Below, in pieces: positions 21,967 to 31,789 of a stretch of DNA of 64,000 nt. The notes below the pieces were generated by a model. The model searched no databases and was not told the DNA's origin. It saw nothing but the letters and a program-made list of their open reading frames with translations. Each line of letters opens with the position of its first letter. Position 1 is the first letter of the stretch. Source of the stretch: Aureliella sp. (GTDB taxonomy: Bacteria; Planctomycetota; Planctomycetia; Pirellulales; Pirellulaceae); the NCBI GenBank assembly GCA_963691875.1, contig OY829846.1:1248001-1312000 (forward strand), given 5' to 3'. Both the position numbers and the translations under genes were made by a program.

Positions 21967-23713
21967 ACTTCCGATCGCGGCACTGGAGCAAATCGACGAC
22001 TTGTGCGCCGAGTTTGAACGGCATTGGCAAAAAAACGAGCGTCCGGACATTGACGCCTTCCTCAAGGACGACCTTCCGCGCGATCAGCGAGAAGTTCTAC
22101 TCATCGAGCTCATTGCACTGGATCTTGATTATCGGCGAAGGCTGGGCGAATCACCTGACCGTGAAGATTACGCAGTGCGATACCCGGACAATGTGGAAGC
22201 ACTAGCTGAGGCATTTGCAGAAAAGGCACCAAAAGCCGGATTCGCAGCGCCATCAGTGGAACAACTCAATCTGCTGTTTTCCGATTTTAAGGTCACCGAC
22301 CTCATCGGTGCAGGAGGAATGGGAGCGGTATACAAAGCCAAACAACCAGGCCTGGACCGCACCGTAGCCGTCAAAATCCTTCCCCAAGAACTCGGGCAAG
22401 ACGTAAAATTTGCGCTGCGTTTCACGCGAGAAGCTCGCACCTTGGCCAAGTTGCAGCATGCCAATATCGTTTCGGTCTACGAATTCGGAAACGTTGAGGA
22501 CACTTACTACTTTCTAATAGAGTATGTGGAAGGCAGCACCCTCCGCGAATTAGTACAGCAGCGAAAGCTCGATCCAGAACATGCTCTAGCCATTGTTCCG
22601 CAACTCTGCGACGCACTGCAATACGCACATGACAAAGATGTGGTACACCGCGACATCAAACCTGAAAATATTCTGATGTCAGTAGATGGCTCCGTAAAGA
22701 TCGCGGACTTCGGACTCTCGCGGTTGGTCGGAGACCAGCATCCCCAGCAGACAATCACTGCGACGCATCAAGTCGTCGGGACGCCCCGTTACATGGCTCC
22801 GGAGCAACTCGAAGGCGCGAAGCAAATTGACCATCGCGCCGACATCTATTCGCTCGGAGTCGTGATCTACGAAATGTTAACCGGCGAATTGCCTATCGGC
22901 AGGTTCGCCGCTCCGTCCAAGAAAGCGGAGATTGACGTCCGACTGGATGAAGTCGTGCTTCGCTCCTTGGAGAAAGAACCGCAACGCCGATATCAAGCCG
23001 CAAGTCACCTAAAGTCAGATGTGCAAGTGATCGCTGCAACCGATCAACCAGATCTGGCAGTCACTGAAATTGGAAGTCCGAACAGGAATTCGGCTGGCGG
23101 CGAGAACCTCGGAGACTTGCAGCAACAGGAACTCGCTGGTCGCATCCTTCTCACCCGCCGAACCCTGATAGAACGCGTTGAGCGGTCGCTGCGGCCTCTG
23201 TTTCGTGGTCAGCTACTTCAAATTGTCGCCGGAATTGTTCTAATCGCAGTGGGAGCCCAGTGCTGGGCACCGAACACTCAAGTGCCACATCTGCTCGCTT
23301 GTGGCGTGATTGTGCACCTCTATGGCCTGTTCATGATCATCGCCGGGGCGGTCGTTGCGGTCAGAATCAAACGCATCGATTACTCCTTGGAGCTTATCGC
23401 AATTCGGGAGAAGATCGAAGGGGTTAGAACGCTGCGACTTTGGCTCGGCCCCTTTCTCGGATTTGCTTGGTGGCTTATCTGGCTGCCGCTCTTTGCCGCT
23501 GCGGGTTTTGACGAAGTAGTGACCTACCGCAACAGCCTAGTTCCTTCACTGATCGTTGGAGTCGTTGGAATCGTGGTTTCAAGTATTTTGTATTGGCGAG
23601 CACTCAGTGGGACGACTGAATCTGTACAGAAATGGCGACTGAAACTTGCCAGCAAGAGTGTCCAGACTGCCCTCAAGGAGCTAGATGCGATTGAAGCCGC
23701 CAAGATTGCCTGA
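21947..23713 (+). CDS. Hanks-type Ser/Thr protein kinase with C-terminal transmembrane helices
   Basis: GAGGMGAVY, VAVK, HRDIKPEN, DFG, GTPRYMAPE; about four C-terminal TMs; overlaps the ECF gene. Confidence 0.95.
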   Translation: MSRPKTKLPIAALEQIDDLCAEFERHWQKNERPDIDAFLKDDLPRDQREVLLIELIALDLDYRRRLGESPDREDYAVRYPDNVEALAEAFAEKAPKAGFAAPSVEQLNLLFSDFKVTDLIGAGGMGAVYKAKQPGLDRTVAVKILPQELGQDVKFALRFTREARTLAKLQHANIVSVYEFGNVEDTYYFLIEYVEGSTLRELVQQRKLDPEHALAIVPQLCDALQYAHDKDVVHRDIKPENILMSVDGSVKIADFGLSRLVGDQHPQQTITATHQVVGTPRYMAPEQLEGAKQIDHRADIYSLGVVIYEMLTGELPIGRFAAPSKKAEIDVRLDEVVLRSLEKEPQRRYQAASHLKSDVQVIAATDQPDLAVTEIGSPNRNSAGGENLGDLQQQELAGRILLTRRTLIERVERSLRPLFRGQLLQIVAGIVLIAVGAQCWAPNTQVPHLLACGVIVHLYGLFMIIAGAVVAVRIKRIDYSLELIAIREKIEGVRTLRLWLGPFLGFAWWLIWLPLFAAAGFDEVVTYRNSLVPSLIVGVVGIVVSSILYWRALSGTTESVQKWRLKLASKSVQTALKELDAIEAAKIA

Positions 23714-23820
23714 GGCACTCGCAGTCGCAGTTTCTTGATGTCGTGGATTACATTCGATGTTGCTCCCGCGAGAATCAATGACAGCCTCTGCTATTCGATT
23801 AAGACCACTACGCACCAAAC

Positions 23821-24216
23821 GTGGACAGCATCATCGGTACTTACGCACTAACCCGTTTCGCCATCGCGTTGATCTGGATCTATCACGGTCTAGTTCCCAA
23901 GATCCTTTTCAAGCATGCCAGTGAGGTGGAGTTAGTTGCCAAGGGCCCTATTATCGTCGACGCTGAAACAACGATTGTGATCGCGGGAGTGGTTGAGGTC
24001 TTGATCGGACTTCTTGTCTTAGTTTTCTGGAAACAACCATGGCCGATTGTGATCTCACTTGCGGGCTTCTCGGGACTGCTTCTGGGCGCGATCACATTGT
24101 CACCCGAACTTGCGATCCAAGCATTTAATCCTGTTACGCTAACAGTGTCGGCGATCGCGTTTTGCTTGATACAGCTTCAAGAAATAAAGAGATGCGCCCA
24201 ACCCGACGACGAATGA
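23821..24216 (+). CDS. DoxX-like membrane protein
   Basis: IWIYHGLVPK, GVVEVLIG, FNPV. Confidence 0.75.
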   Translation: MDSIIGTYALTRFAIALIWIYHGLVPKILFKHASEVELVAKGPIIVDAETTIVIAGVVEVLIGLLVLVFWKQPWPIVISLAGFSGLLLGAITLSPELAIQAFNPVTLTVSAIAFCLIQLQEIKRCAQPDDE

Positions 24217-24286
24217 TGGCGTCAGAACCATTGCCTATCGCTCGTTTGAGATTCGGTTCTTCACCAGCCTAAGGATTCCCAAGAAG

Positions 24287-24751
24287 ATGCGTCGAAGCCT
24301 TCAGTTCGGAGAACTAGAACAAGTGCTTGCTGAGGTAGATAGCCTCCTGGCTAAGGGCTACGAGAAGTCCGGCAACTGGTCGCTCGGACAAATCTGCTGG
24401 CATATGCGGTCGACGATGGAGTCTAACATGAATGGTTATCCGAATTGGATGGTTATTCTCGGGTTTCCCTTGCGACCGCTGCTCAGATTCTTCGGACTAC
24501 CGAGGCTCTTAGCCGGTAAATCGCCGAAGGGCATTCCTACTGCAGGCATGTTTGTGCCTGCAAACGACGTGGCCGATGCTCGTGAAGTTGCAGAATTCAG
24601 GAAATGCGTCAAAGCATTCATGAGCTGGCAACATTCACTGCATCCACATCCAGGCTTCGGAAAGATGTCTGCAGAACAGTTTGCAACATTTCACGCCGCG
24701 CATGCCGCCCATCACTTGAGCTTTCTTCATCCTAAAAGTGGGGAGAAATAA
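24287..24751 (+). CDS. DUF1569 (DinB-like) protein
   Basis: GNWSLGQICWH, HPHPGFGKMS, HAAHHLSF. Confidence 0.85.
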   Translation: MRRSLQFGELEQVLAEVDSLLAKGYEKSGNWSLGQICWHMRSTMESNMNGYPNWMVILGFPLRPLLRFFGLPRLLAGKSPKGIPTAGMFVPANDVADAREVAEFRKCVKAFMSWQHSLHPHPGFGKMSAEQFATFHAAHAAHHLSFLHPKSGEK

Positions 24752-24891
24752 AGCTTGCTGTTCGCAATGGGGACCGGCAGTAACTGATACGCTCATTACT
24801 GTGCGAGATCTATTTTGGGACTTCTGCGGAATCCCGCTGCAGTAGAAGCTTTGTGCTGCGGTTGAGCTGGAAGGGACTTTGGCAAATCCCA

Positions 24892-25434
24892 CTACTCGCA
24901 AGGAGTCGTAAGTGCGTCGATCTCGGCGGCGAGCATTTCTTCTGGAATTTGCAGAGGGCTTCCGTCCGGGTTCACTCCAACGTCAAATAGACACAAGCCG
25001 CGTAAAACGCGGCAGAAGTCGCTGGGGATAAAGAACGGCTCACTTCCGTAGCTCTCGTCAAGAATGGCGAAAGTAAGTTCCATGCGCCCTTGTGGTTCGT
25101 CGTTGACTTCGATGCTGCCCTCGACAATCGCACCATCTGCTTGGCGATTGACCAAAACTGCTCGTAGTCGAATCGTATCGCCGGGGCGGGTAATGCAATC
25201 GAACTCCGCTTTACTGACTTTCGCTAACACAATTTTGTCGCGAAAGTCATTGGTCTGCGACAGAAGAATCCCGCCCGTCTGAGCCATCCCTTCGATGATC
25301 AAGGAATGGGGATAGTGGGCGTACCCTGGGAGGTAGTCGTCTAGAGACTCTTCGGCGAGCGTTACGTTCTTCAGGCTGATCGCTTCTTCGCCTGCAACGA
25401 ATTTCTCGAAGCGATCAAGCCAATACCAACGCAT
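24892..25434 (-). CDS. FabZ-like hot-dog dehydratase subunit lacking the catalytic His
   Basis: MRWYWLDR, KNVT, DYLPG in place of HFPG, EGMAQ, PGD. Confidence 0.85.
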   Translation of the reverse strand: MRWYWLDRFEKFVAGEEAISLKNVTLAEESLDDYLPGYAHYPHSLIIEGMAQTGGILLSQTNDFRDKIVLAKVSKAEFDCITRPGDTIRLRAVLVNRQADGAIVEGSIEVNDEPQGRMELTFAILDESYGSEPFFIPSDFCRVLRGLCLFDVGVNPDGSPLQIPEEMLAAEIDALTTPCE

Positions 25435-25472
25435 CTTTGAATCCCTAGATTGCTCTCAGAGTTTGCTGAGAG

Positions 25473-25856
25473 CTAGCCAATTTTGCTTTCGACGTAGCTG
25501 CAAAGATCGTTCACGGTCAGCAGGTTGCCGAAGTCCTGGACGCGTGGATTGTCCTCGAACTTGCTTAGATTGGCCCAAGGTAGTCGCTCCTTGAGCTGGC
25601 TGATGCCATCTGCAGTAACCTTGCCATCTTGCACCAAGTCTGCATTGGTCAAAATGTCGTCAGGGAAGAGTTCTTCACGTGGAATGTTGATATCGAAAGC
25701 TTTTTCGAGCTTGAAAACGATATCCAAGAAGTCAATCGATTCGGCTCCCAAGTCGCCCACCATGGTTGCTTCACGGGTGACTTCGTCATCGTCTACCCCC
25801 AAGGCATCGACCAAAGCTTCTTGAACCTTCTCGAATACCTCTTCAGAGCTTGCCAT
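25473..25856 (-). CDS. Extended acyl carrier protein (127 aa)
   Basis: DLGAESIDFLDIVFKLEKAF, internal insertion, then LTVNDLCSYV. Confidence 0.9.
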   Translation of the reverse strand: MASSEEVFEKVQEALVDALGVDDDEVTREATMVGDLGAESIDFLDIVFKLEKAFDINIPREELFPDDILTNADLVQDGKVTADGISQLKERLPWANLSKFEDNPRVQDFGNLLTVNDLCSYVESKIG

Positions 25857-25969
25857 TTTTTTCTTTCCTGCAAAAGTTTAATCGTGGGGAAACCAGTCCC
25901 AAATTTGGTTATCACCAAGCCCTCCGTCGCCCAGTGAGGCGGTCTGGCAAGATTGGGATTATAGCTATC

Positions 25970-26443
25970 TTAAGAAGATGCAATAGGCGTTTGCTGCAAT
26001 TGCTCGCTCAATTGCTTCATATACAAGGCAGCATGCTTAGCCACAATCTCAGGTTGGCCGTCCTCCACAACTTCCAGTACGAGCCGCCCTGAAACGCAGG
26101 TGGAATCCGCCTTCTTACCTTCAGCTTTGAGCGTATATTTTCCAACATCTGATTTGAAAATCTTAGAATGAAGTTGCATGCTCTGACCAGGCTCAAGGAA
26201 GTCTGCGAATTTGACATTTTTGACTGACCGGAGCATGACCAATCCAACCTCATGATTTTCCGTCGCCCGAACCAATAGAGCCGAAGCCTGAAAGAGAGCT
26301 TCAAGCATGAGTACGCCTGGAAGTACTGCAAATCGCGGGAAATGATCCCGCAGGTAATCTTCCTTTCCGGTCACCTTCTTGATGGCTTTGATATGAGAAC
26401 CAGCCTCAATCTCGGTTATCTGGTCAATCTGGAGAAAACGCAT
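25970..26443 (-). CDS. FabZ-like beta-hydroxyacyl-ACP dehydratase
   Basis: MRFLQID, DHFPRFAVLPGVLMLEAL, VKF...PG. Confidence 0.88.
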   Translation of the reverse strand: MRFLQIDQITEIEAGSHIKAIKKVTGKEDYLRDHFPRFAVLPGVLMLEALFQASALLVRATENHEVGLVMLRSVKNVKFADFLEPGQSMQLHSKIFKSDVGKYTLKAEGKKADSTCVSGRLVLEVVEDGQPEIVAKHAALYMKQLSEQLQQTPIASS

Positions 26444-26835
26444 TCGGGAATTCGCCTTGGCTGGCAAGTGGTTCAAAGCCAATAAGATAGAGGAAGAGCC
26501 GGCCAGTTCTCAACCCTGGAATACGGCCTGAAGAATATAACGCCCCGCCTCAGGCTACCAAACTGAACAACAAACTAATTGTCGCCTCAGACAACCAATT
26601 CTCGGATGTTTTACCGTCAGATGGCGACGAAGCAGCACATCTTTGTAGCTCGCCCCCCTAAAGTCAGCTAGGATAATATAAGGCTAGGTTGTGATCCCTC
26701 CAAAGTTCTCGCCCGCGTCCCCCACAGCATTGGGGCCACGCCCGGTATTGGACTTCTGCATCTCCTACAATGCCCCCAACGGCGAGCACTCAAAGTTGAG
26801 CTTGCCTTCGCAGACTCCATCGACAGGACCGTCGG

Positions 26836-27921
26836 ATGAGACAAGCAAGTATTGTGATCTCCTTGGCTACCTTTCTTGCTCTGCAATTCCTTCAGGGCAG
26901 CACATCGGCTCAAGACTTCAATAAACAGGCCACTTGGGATTGGCCCGAAGTCGCAAGCTACGAAGAGCAATTTTTAAGCTACTTGGATCAACGCCAAGCC
27001 GACGAAGCAACTCGAAAAGCTGTAATTGACACGTGGGGTGCGAACAGCGCAGTGCAGCGCGGGCCCGACCTGGTCGAACGTATCTTGAATACAGCCGCGC
27101 AAGTTGATCAGCGTGTTGCAGATCTAGCTCTGGAGCTTTCCGACCCCAACGTAGTACCGACACGCCCGACAGAGATAGAATGGCTCTCAAGCGATGTGCC
27201 GGGCTGGTTGCAAGATACGCTTCGTTTGGCCTGTGGCCGCAACTTTGCTCAGCGCAAAATGTACGATGAGGCTCTTGAAACGCTTTCCGGCTTGGAGCTG
27301 GTGCAAGTATGCGATCCATCCAGCTTGATTTTCTACCGGGCTACCTGCGAGCATCATTTGATGAAGGCCGAGGATTGCATGAAAAACATCGGTATGCTGT
27401 TGGAACGGGAAAGCGAAATTGAAACACGTTTTGCCCAAGTGGCGAATTTGATGCAGGCTGATATCGCCGAACTCAAGGAAGACTCGTTGGACGAAGTGTC
27501 TCGGCTGATGCGAGATGTTGAGCGTAGATTGGATCTTGGACGGGCCGGGAAACGCGTTCGCGATGAAGAGCAAGAGATCGTTAACAAGCTGGAGAAGTTG
27601 ATCGAAAAGGCAGAGCAGCAGTTGCAACAGCAACAGCAGCAACAGCAGCAACAGCAGCAACAGCAGCAGCAGCAGCAACAGCAACAGCAGCAGCAGCAGC
27701 AGCAGCAAAGCCAACGGCAAGCGATGGACGAAAGTCAGGCTGGGCCCGAGCGTGGTCCAGGCGACGTCGATCAAAAAGGCGACAGTAAAGCCTCCAATTG
27801 GGGCAATCTACCTCCAGCAGAACGCCAAGAGTCTTTGCAACGCATGACGGAAAAACTTCCTAGTCACTATCGCAGCGTGATCGAAGGCTACTTCCGCCAA
27901 CTGGCCAAAGATCGCAACTAG
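26836..27921 (+). CDS. Secreted helical (TPR-like) protein with polyglutamine tract
   Basis: Signal peptide, helical region, Q28, C-terminal WGNLPP.ER...LPSHYRSVIEGYF motif. Confidence 0.8.
   Translation: MRQASIVISLATFLALQFLQGSTSAQDFNKQATWDWPEVASYEEQFLSYLDQRQADEATRKAVIDTWGANSAVQRGPDLVERILNTAAQVDQRVADLALELSDPNVVPTRPTEIEWLSSDVPGWLQDTLRLACGRNFAQRKMYDEALETLSGLELVQVCDPSSLIFYRATCEHHLMKAEDCMKNIGMLLERESEIETRFAQVANLMQADIAELKEDSLDEVSRLMRDVERRLDLGRAGKRVRDEEQEIVNKLEKLIEKAEQQLQQQQQQQQQQQQQQQQQQQQQQQQQQQQSQRQAMDESQAGPERGPGDVDQKGDSKASNWGNLPPAERQESLQRMTEKLPSHYRSVIEGYFRQLAKDRN
27625..27708 (+). repeat. CAG/CAA trinucleotide repeat encoding 28 consecutive Gln
   Basis: 28 CAR codons counted directly. Confidence 0.97.
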
Positions 27922-28050
27922 CATCTCGGCTCAGCCTTCCTACTAACTGACGAGTATGCTCTGATGTTGGGCTGCAGTTCGTCTATTGCCCCACAATCTG
28001 AATCCGGCATTTAGCGTCACCACGCGACGTGAATGCTTCTTGAGAGAACC

Positions 28051-28956
28051 ATGCCGAAACAAGTTCACGGCTTAATCGCCGCCGCTCTGACGCCATTTGA
28101 CCAAGATGGAAATGTAGCAACTTCAACAATCTCACCTTTGGTGGAGCGTCTGCAGTCCCAAGGCATTTCTGGTCTGTATGTCTGTGGAAGCACCGGAGAA
28201 GGCATCTCCCTATCGACGTTAGAACGAAAGCAAGTCGCTGAAGCTTATCTGTCGGCTGCGAAGGACAAACAGTCTGTGTTCGTCCAGGTTGGCCACAACT
28301 CGCTCCGTGAAGCGCAGGATCTGTCTCGCCATGCAGCAGAACATGGAGCTGACGCGATTTCCGCAACGTGCCCTAGCTACTTCAAAGTCAGCACAGTTGA
28401 CGGTCTCGTTCGCTGCATGAGTGAGATCGCTTCCGTCACGCCCCAAACACCATTTTATTACTATCACATCCCTGCACTAACCGGCAACTCACTGGACATG
28501 CAAGAATTTCTGTCGGTCGCACAAGATGCAATTCCGAACTTGGCAGGTATCAAGTACACCACGCCGCAGCTTCATGTCTTTCAGCAATGCGCCGCCTTTG
28601 CACCTGATAAGTTCCAGGTGTTTTGGGGCGTCGACGAAATGCTCCTGCCAGCGCTCGCCTCAGGAGCGACGGCTGCAATTGGAAGCACCTATAATGTGCT
28701 CGCGCTAATATACGCAGAAATGATTGAGCGATTCGCAGCCAAGGATTTAGAGGCGGCTCGAAAGTTGCAGCTAAAAGCGATTCAGGCAATAAATATCTTG
28801 CTCAAGTATCCTTTTCAAGCGGCCTTGAAACATGTCGTTGCGGTGCAAACAGGTGGTGAGATCAACTTTGGTGGTGCACGCTTGCCGCTGGACTGCTTAA
28901 CCCCAGAACAGCGTGATTCGCTTGAAGACGAAATGAAAGCTCTTGGCATTTGCTAG
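28051..28956 (+). CDS. nanA: N-acetylneuraminate lyase-like (DHDPS family)
   Basis: GLYVCGSTGE, QVG, YYYHIPALTG, GIKYT, GVDEML, AIGSTYN. Confidence 0.78.
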   Translation: MPKQVHGLIAAALTPFDQDGNVATSTISPLVERLQSQGISGLYVCGSTGEGISLSTLERKQVAEAYLSAAKDKQSVFVQVGHNSLREAQDLSRHAAEHGADAISATCPSYFKVSTVDGLVRCMSEIASVTPQTPFYYYHIPALTGNSLDMQEFLSVAQDAIPNLAGIKYTTPQLHVFQQCAAFAPDKFQVFWGVDEMLLPALASGATAAIGSTYNVLALIYAEMIERFAAKDLEAARKLQLKAIQAINILLKYPFQAALKHVVAVQTGGEINFGGARLPLDCLTPEQRDSLEDEMKALGIC

Positions 28957-29880
28957 TCATGCAGCTGGATCGCGTTCGGCACTTGTAATTGCGTTGATGG
29001 CGTCCGCGGCCGCTTGCCGCACATCGCGTTCTCTGGACTGGGCCAGCGGCTGAATATGCTCCAGGCTGTGTATCGCCCCAGTTTCGCCCAAAACTTCACA
29101 GGCTCTTTCTTGGTGATAGCTGGACCAGTCTTGTAGCATCGGTCAAAACCTAGATTCGATCTTGGGAGATTCGATCCTCAACGTTATTTGAATGCAGCAC
29201 TCTCTGATTCTTAGTGTGACCATATTGCGAACCAACGCTTCGGTCACGCGAACATCTTCGATGCCTGCCAGAACGTGTGATAACTCGCGAATGAAGTCCT
29301 TGCACTCCGCGTAGGATGAAACAAAGCGAGTCGATGTTCTCATCGGTAACGAAATTTTCCGCGCGCTTTGCGAACTCCTCGGTCCTAAATCTTTCGACGG
29401 AGAGCCTGTGTCGAAAAGCACTTCGCTTAGCTGTCTCGCAGAGATGCTTAAAGGCCAGCCGTCCGAACTCCGCAATCTGCGACTTGGTCAGCGTAAAGCC
29501 ATTTTCCGCAATGGCAACTTGTTCTGACAACCGAATGGCAGCTTTGCCGCGTCTTAGCGAATCGGAAAGATCGTCCTTGCAGATATCCATGCGGTCCGCG
29601 TTTGAAATCCGCAATCGAACTGGTTCATCCCTAAGCGGCAAGCTAGATAGTTTTCGCAGGAAATTGTAGAAGCGGTAGAGCTGTTGACATCCTTGGGCTG
29701 CATCAATCTTTTCAAGGATAGCCGGTGCGGCGACATACAAATGGTGTTCGGCACAGATTTCAAGCCAGTCGGTTTTGGTGCTCGCGTTATGCGCAACGTC
29801 ATCAATACGAGAAAAGGCTGGTCAAATGACCAGCCTTTTAATTTGATGCAAGATTTTGCTCGGCATCCTACCAGAGCCAT
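28957..29880 (-). pseudogene. HEAT-repeat protein, disrupted
   Basis: Frameshift at a T run near 29324 (DSL/VSSYAE) and an in-frame TGA at 29143-29145 before a C-terminal HEAT repeat (ERACEVLGETG...DVRQAAADAI). Confidence 0.6.
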
Positions 29881-31358
29881 TCCGTTCCGAACGAGAAGCC
29901 TTGATAAAGTGCCTCGCCGTCTACGTTCAGGTATGGTGATCGTGCGAGTCCAAAGTTACCAGCTCCAAACACGTTGCTGAAGTCGCGAGTATTGAAGTTC
30001 TCAGGTGCAAGAGCAACATTGTCTACATAGAAGACGTTGTAGCTTCCCCGAATTGCCCAAGAGTAGTTTACCCGGTAGACAAACTGAGCAGCAGCTTCTG
30101 TCAAGTAAGCGGTGCGCCCAGTTTGCATGAACTCGCGAGCTTGGGTGATCGAGTTGGAAACCGCTGTGGATTCTACTTCTGCATGGTTACCGAAGAGTCC
30201 GGCCTTGCCTTCCACTCCGATGTGTAAACCAGGAGAAACATTCAGCCAGATGTCGCCGCCAGCTTGAACACCAGTCAACTGGTTCCGAGTCGTCGCAGTG
30301 TAGTCGAAGAAGCGGAGTTGGTTGAAAGTGAAAGTGTTGTTGTTACTTCCAATTGCACTGAAAGTGAAGGACTCGTCCAAGTCGAAGTGTCTGAGACCAG
30401 CCAACCAAGAACCTTGCACTCGATCAAAGGCACTTACCCAGCGTCGTCGATAGTTGACTTCACCGTTGTGGATTTCAGAAGTGTAAGTGATGGAGTGGAT
30501 GAAGGACCGGTCTGTGTCATCAAAACCTGGGGTTGGACCGCCTGGATTGGTTCCGAAGTCACTGAAGATCGAGAAGAGCGTTGGGTTCCCTGAAGCGACC
30601 GTGCTTGCCGCTCGACTGTCCGTCCAGCTGTTGAGACCGAAGTAGCGTGCTTCGATGCTGGATCCAACACCCAGCTGCAACGCGGCGATGAACTCGAGTC
30701 CCCATTCCAGATCGTTGAAGTCGAGGTCGCTCACCTGGAGAACAGGTGTACCTGACACGCCATTTGTACTGATGATGTCTTGTGGGATAAAGGCACCTGT
30801 TGTCGGGTTCTGAGCGGCACTTGAGAAGCCGCCAACTCGACTGGTTCGCTGAAGAGCCAAACCACCAGCATAGATGTCATACCAACGCTGCTGAGCTCGG
30901 CTGCCTTCGCTGTAACCACCAAGCAATCCGCCTAGCAGACTACCGAGCGGCCCGCAGTTACCGCAGCCATCTGGGCCGCATCCGCCTGGACCACAGTTGC
31001 CACAGGTAGCTCGACCGAGTAGTCCACCACCACCGCAATCGAACATGCCATTGCCGCACGAATCTCCACAGCCTGCGTCGCCGCAGGAGTCGTCGCCACA
31101 GCCAAAGTAGCTCCCGTTGGCATCACAACCTGTTGCACCACAATAGACAACCTCGCCGGGGGCAGGCCCTGGGAAAGCTATGCTCATTGGTCCATTTGGG
31201 GTGAAGCCTGCCGGCATGGCCCCGTATTGGCTACCGTAGGCTGGAAGCGAGCCTGGAACATTCTGTTGGGCCTCTGCAGTGCTGATCCATCCCTGGGCAC
31301 TTACCAGGAGAGCTAGCCCCACTGTCAGCCAGTGCTTAGTACCACTGAGCATTCTCAT
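29868..31358 (-). CDS. BBP7-type outer-membrane beta-barrel protein with Cys/Gly-rich N-terminus
   Basis: Signal peptide, CG-rich repeats, amphipathic strands (TRNQLTGVQAG), C-terminal GFSFGTEWLW. Confidence 0.8.
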   Translation of the reverse strand: MRMLSGTKHWLTVGLALLVSAQGWISTAEAQQNVPGSLPAYGSQYGAMPAGFTPNGPMSIAFPGPAPGEVVYCGATGCDANGSYFGCGDDSCGDAGCGDSCGNGMFDCGGGGLLGRATCGNCGPGGCGPDGCGNCGPLGSLLGGLLGGYSEGSRAQQRWYDIYAGGLALQRTSRVGGFSSAAQNPTTGAFIPQDIISTNGVSGTPVLQVSDLDFNDLEWGLEFIAALQLGVGSSIEARYFGLNSWTDSRAASTVASGNPTLFSIFSDFGTNPGGPTPGFDDTDRSFIHSITYTSEIHNGEVNYRRRWVSAFDRVQGSWLAGLRHFDLDESFTFSAIGSNNNTFTFNQLRFFDYTATTRNQLTGVQAGGDIWLNVSPGLHIGVEGKAGLFGNHAEVESTAVSNSITQAREFMQTGRTAYLTEAAAQFVYRVNYSWAIRGSYNVFYVDNVALAPENFNTRDFSNVFGAGNFGLARSPYLNVDGEALYQGFSFGTEWLW

Positions 31359-31789
31359 TGATTTCTCTCCGCCGGCACATCGTCCGTGTATTCGCTTGTC
31401 GTGGCCACGCATCGAAGGCGCACGACGTACATCCGGTGTTACCCGAAAACTCGTTACAGATTGGCTTATCGGCAGGTGCTGGTCCAAATGTTTGCTTGAA
31501 CCCGAATAATCCGAACGTTAGGGCCAATTCAACCGCCACCCACATGCCGTTATTGTTAGAAGGGGTAGAATGGGTGAAGCTTGCGGCCAAGCAGCTGGCG
31601 TGACGTGTCAAGAGAGCTTCGCAATCGGTAGCTAGCAATGCTCCAGTCGCCCGTTGAGTGCCTGAACTCTGGCACTTCCGCAATTTGGACTTCCCACTGC
31701 GACAGAATGGATTGAGAAAACCGCCCATTATTTCAGCCCTGAAACATTTTCGAGCTTCCACTTTTCACTGATCAGGTGAATTTCTCCCA

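Noticed and set aside
21352..23713. ECF sigma-Ser/Thr kinase pair as a novel system
   Set aside because: Well-documented and abundant arrangement in Planctomycetota
27187..27774. Poly-Leu membrane protein ORF
   Set aside because: Antisense shadow of the polyQ tract
29143..29145. In-frame TGA as selenocysteine or recoding
   Set aside because: Lies in a gene that is also frameshifted, not in a Cys-type motif; TGA is used as a normal stop elsewhere in the window
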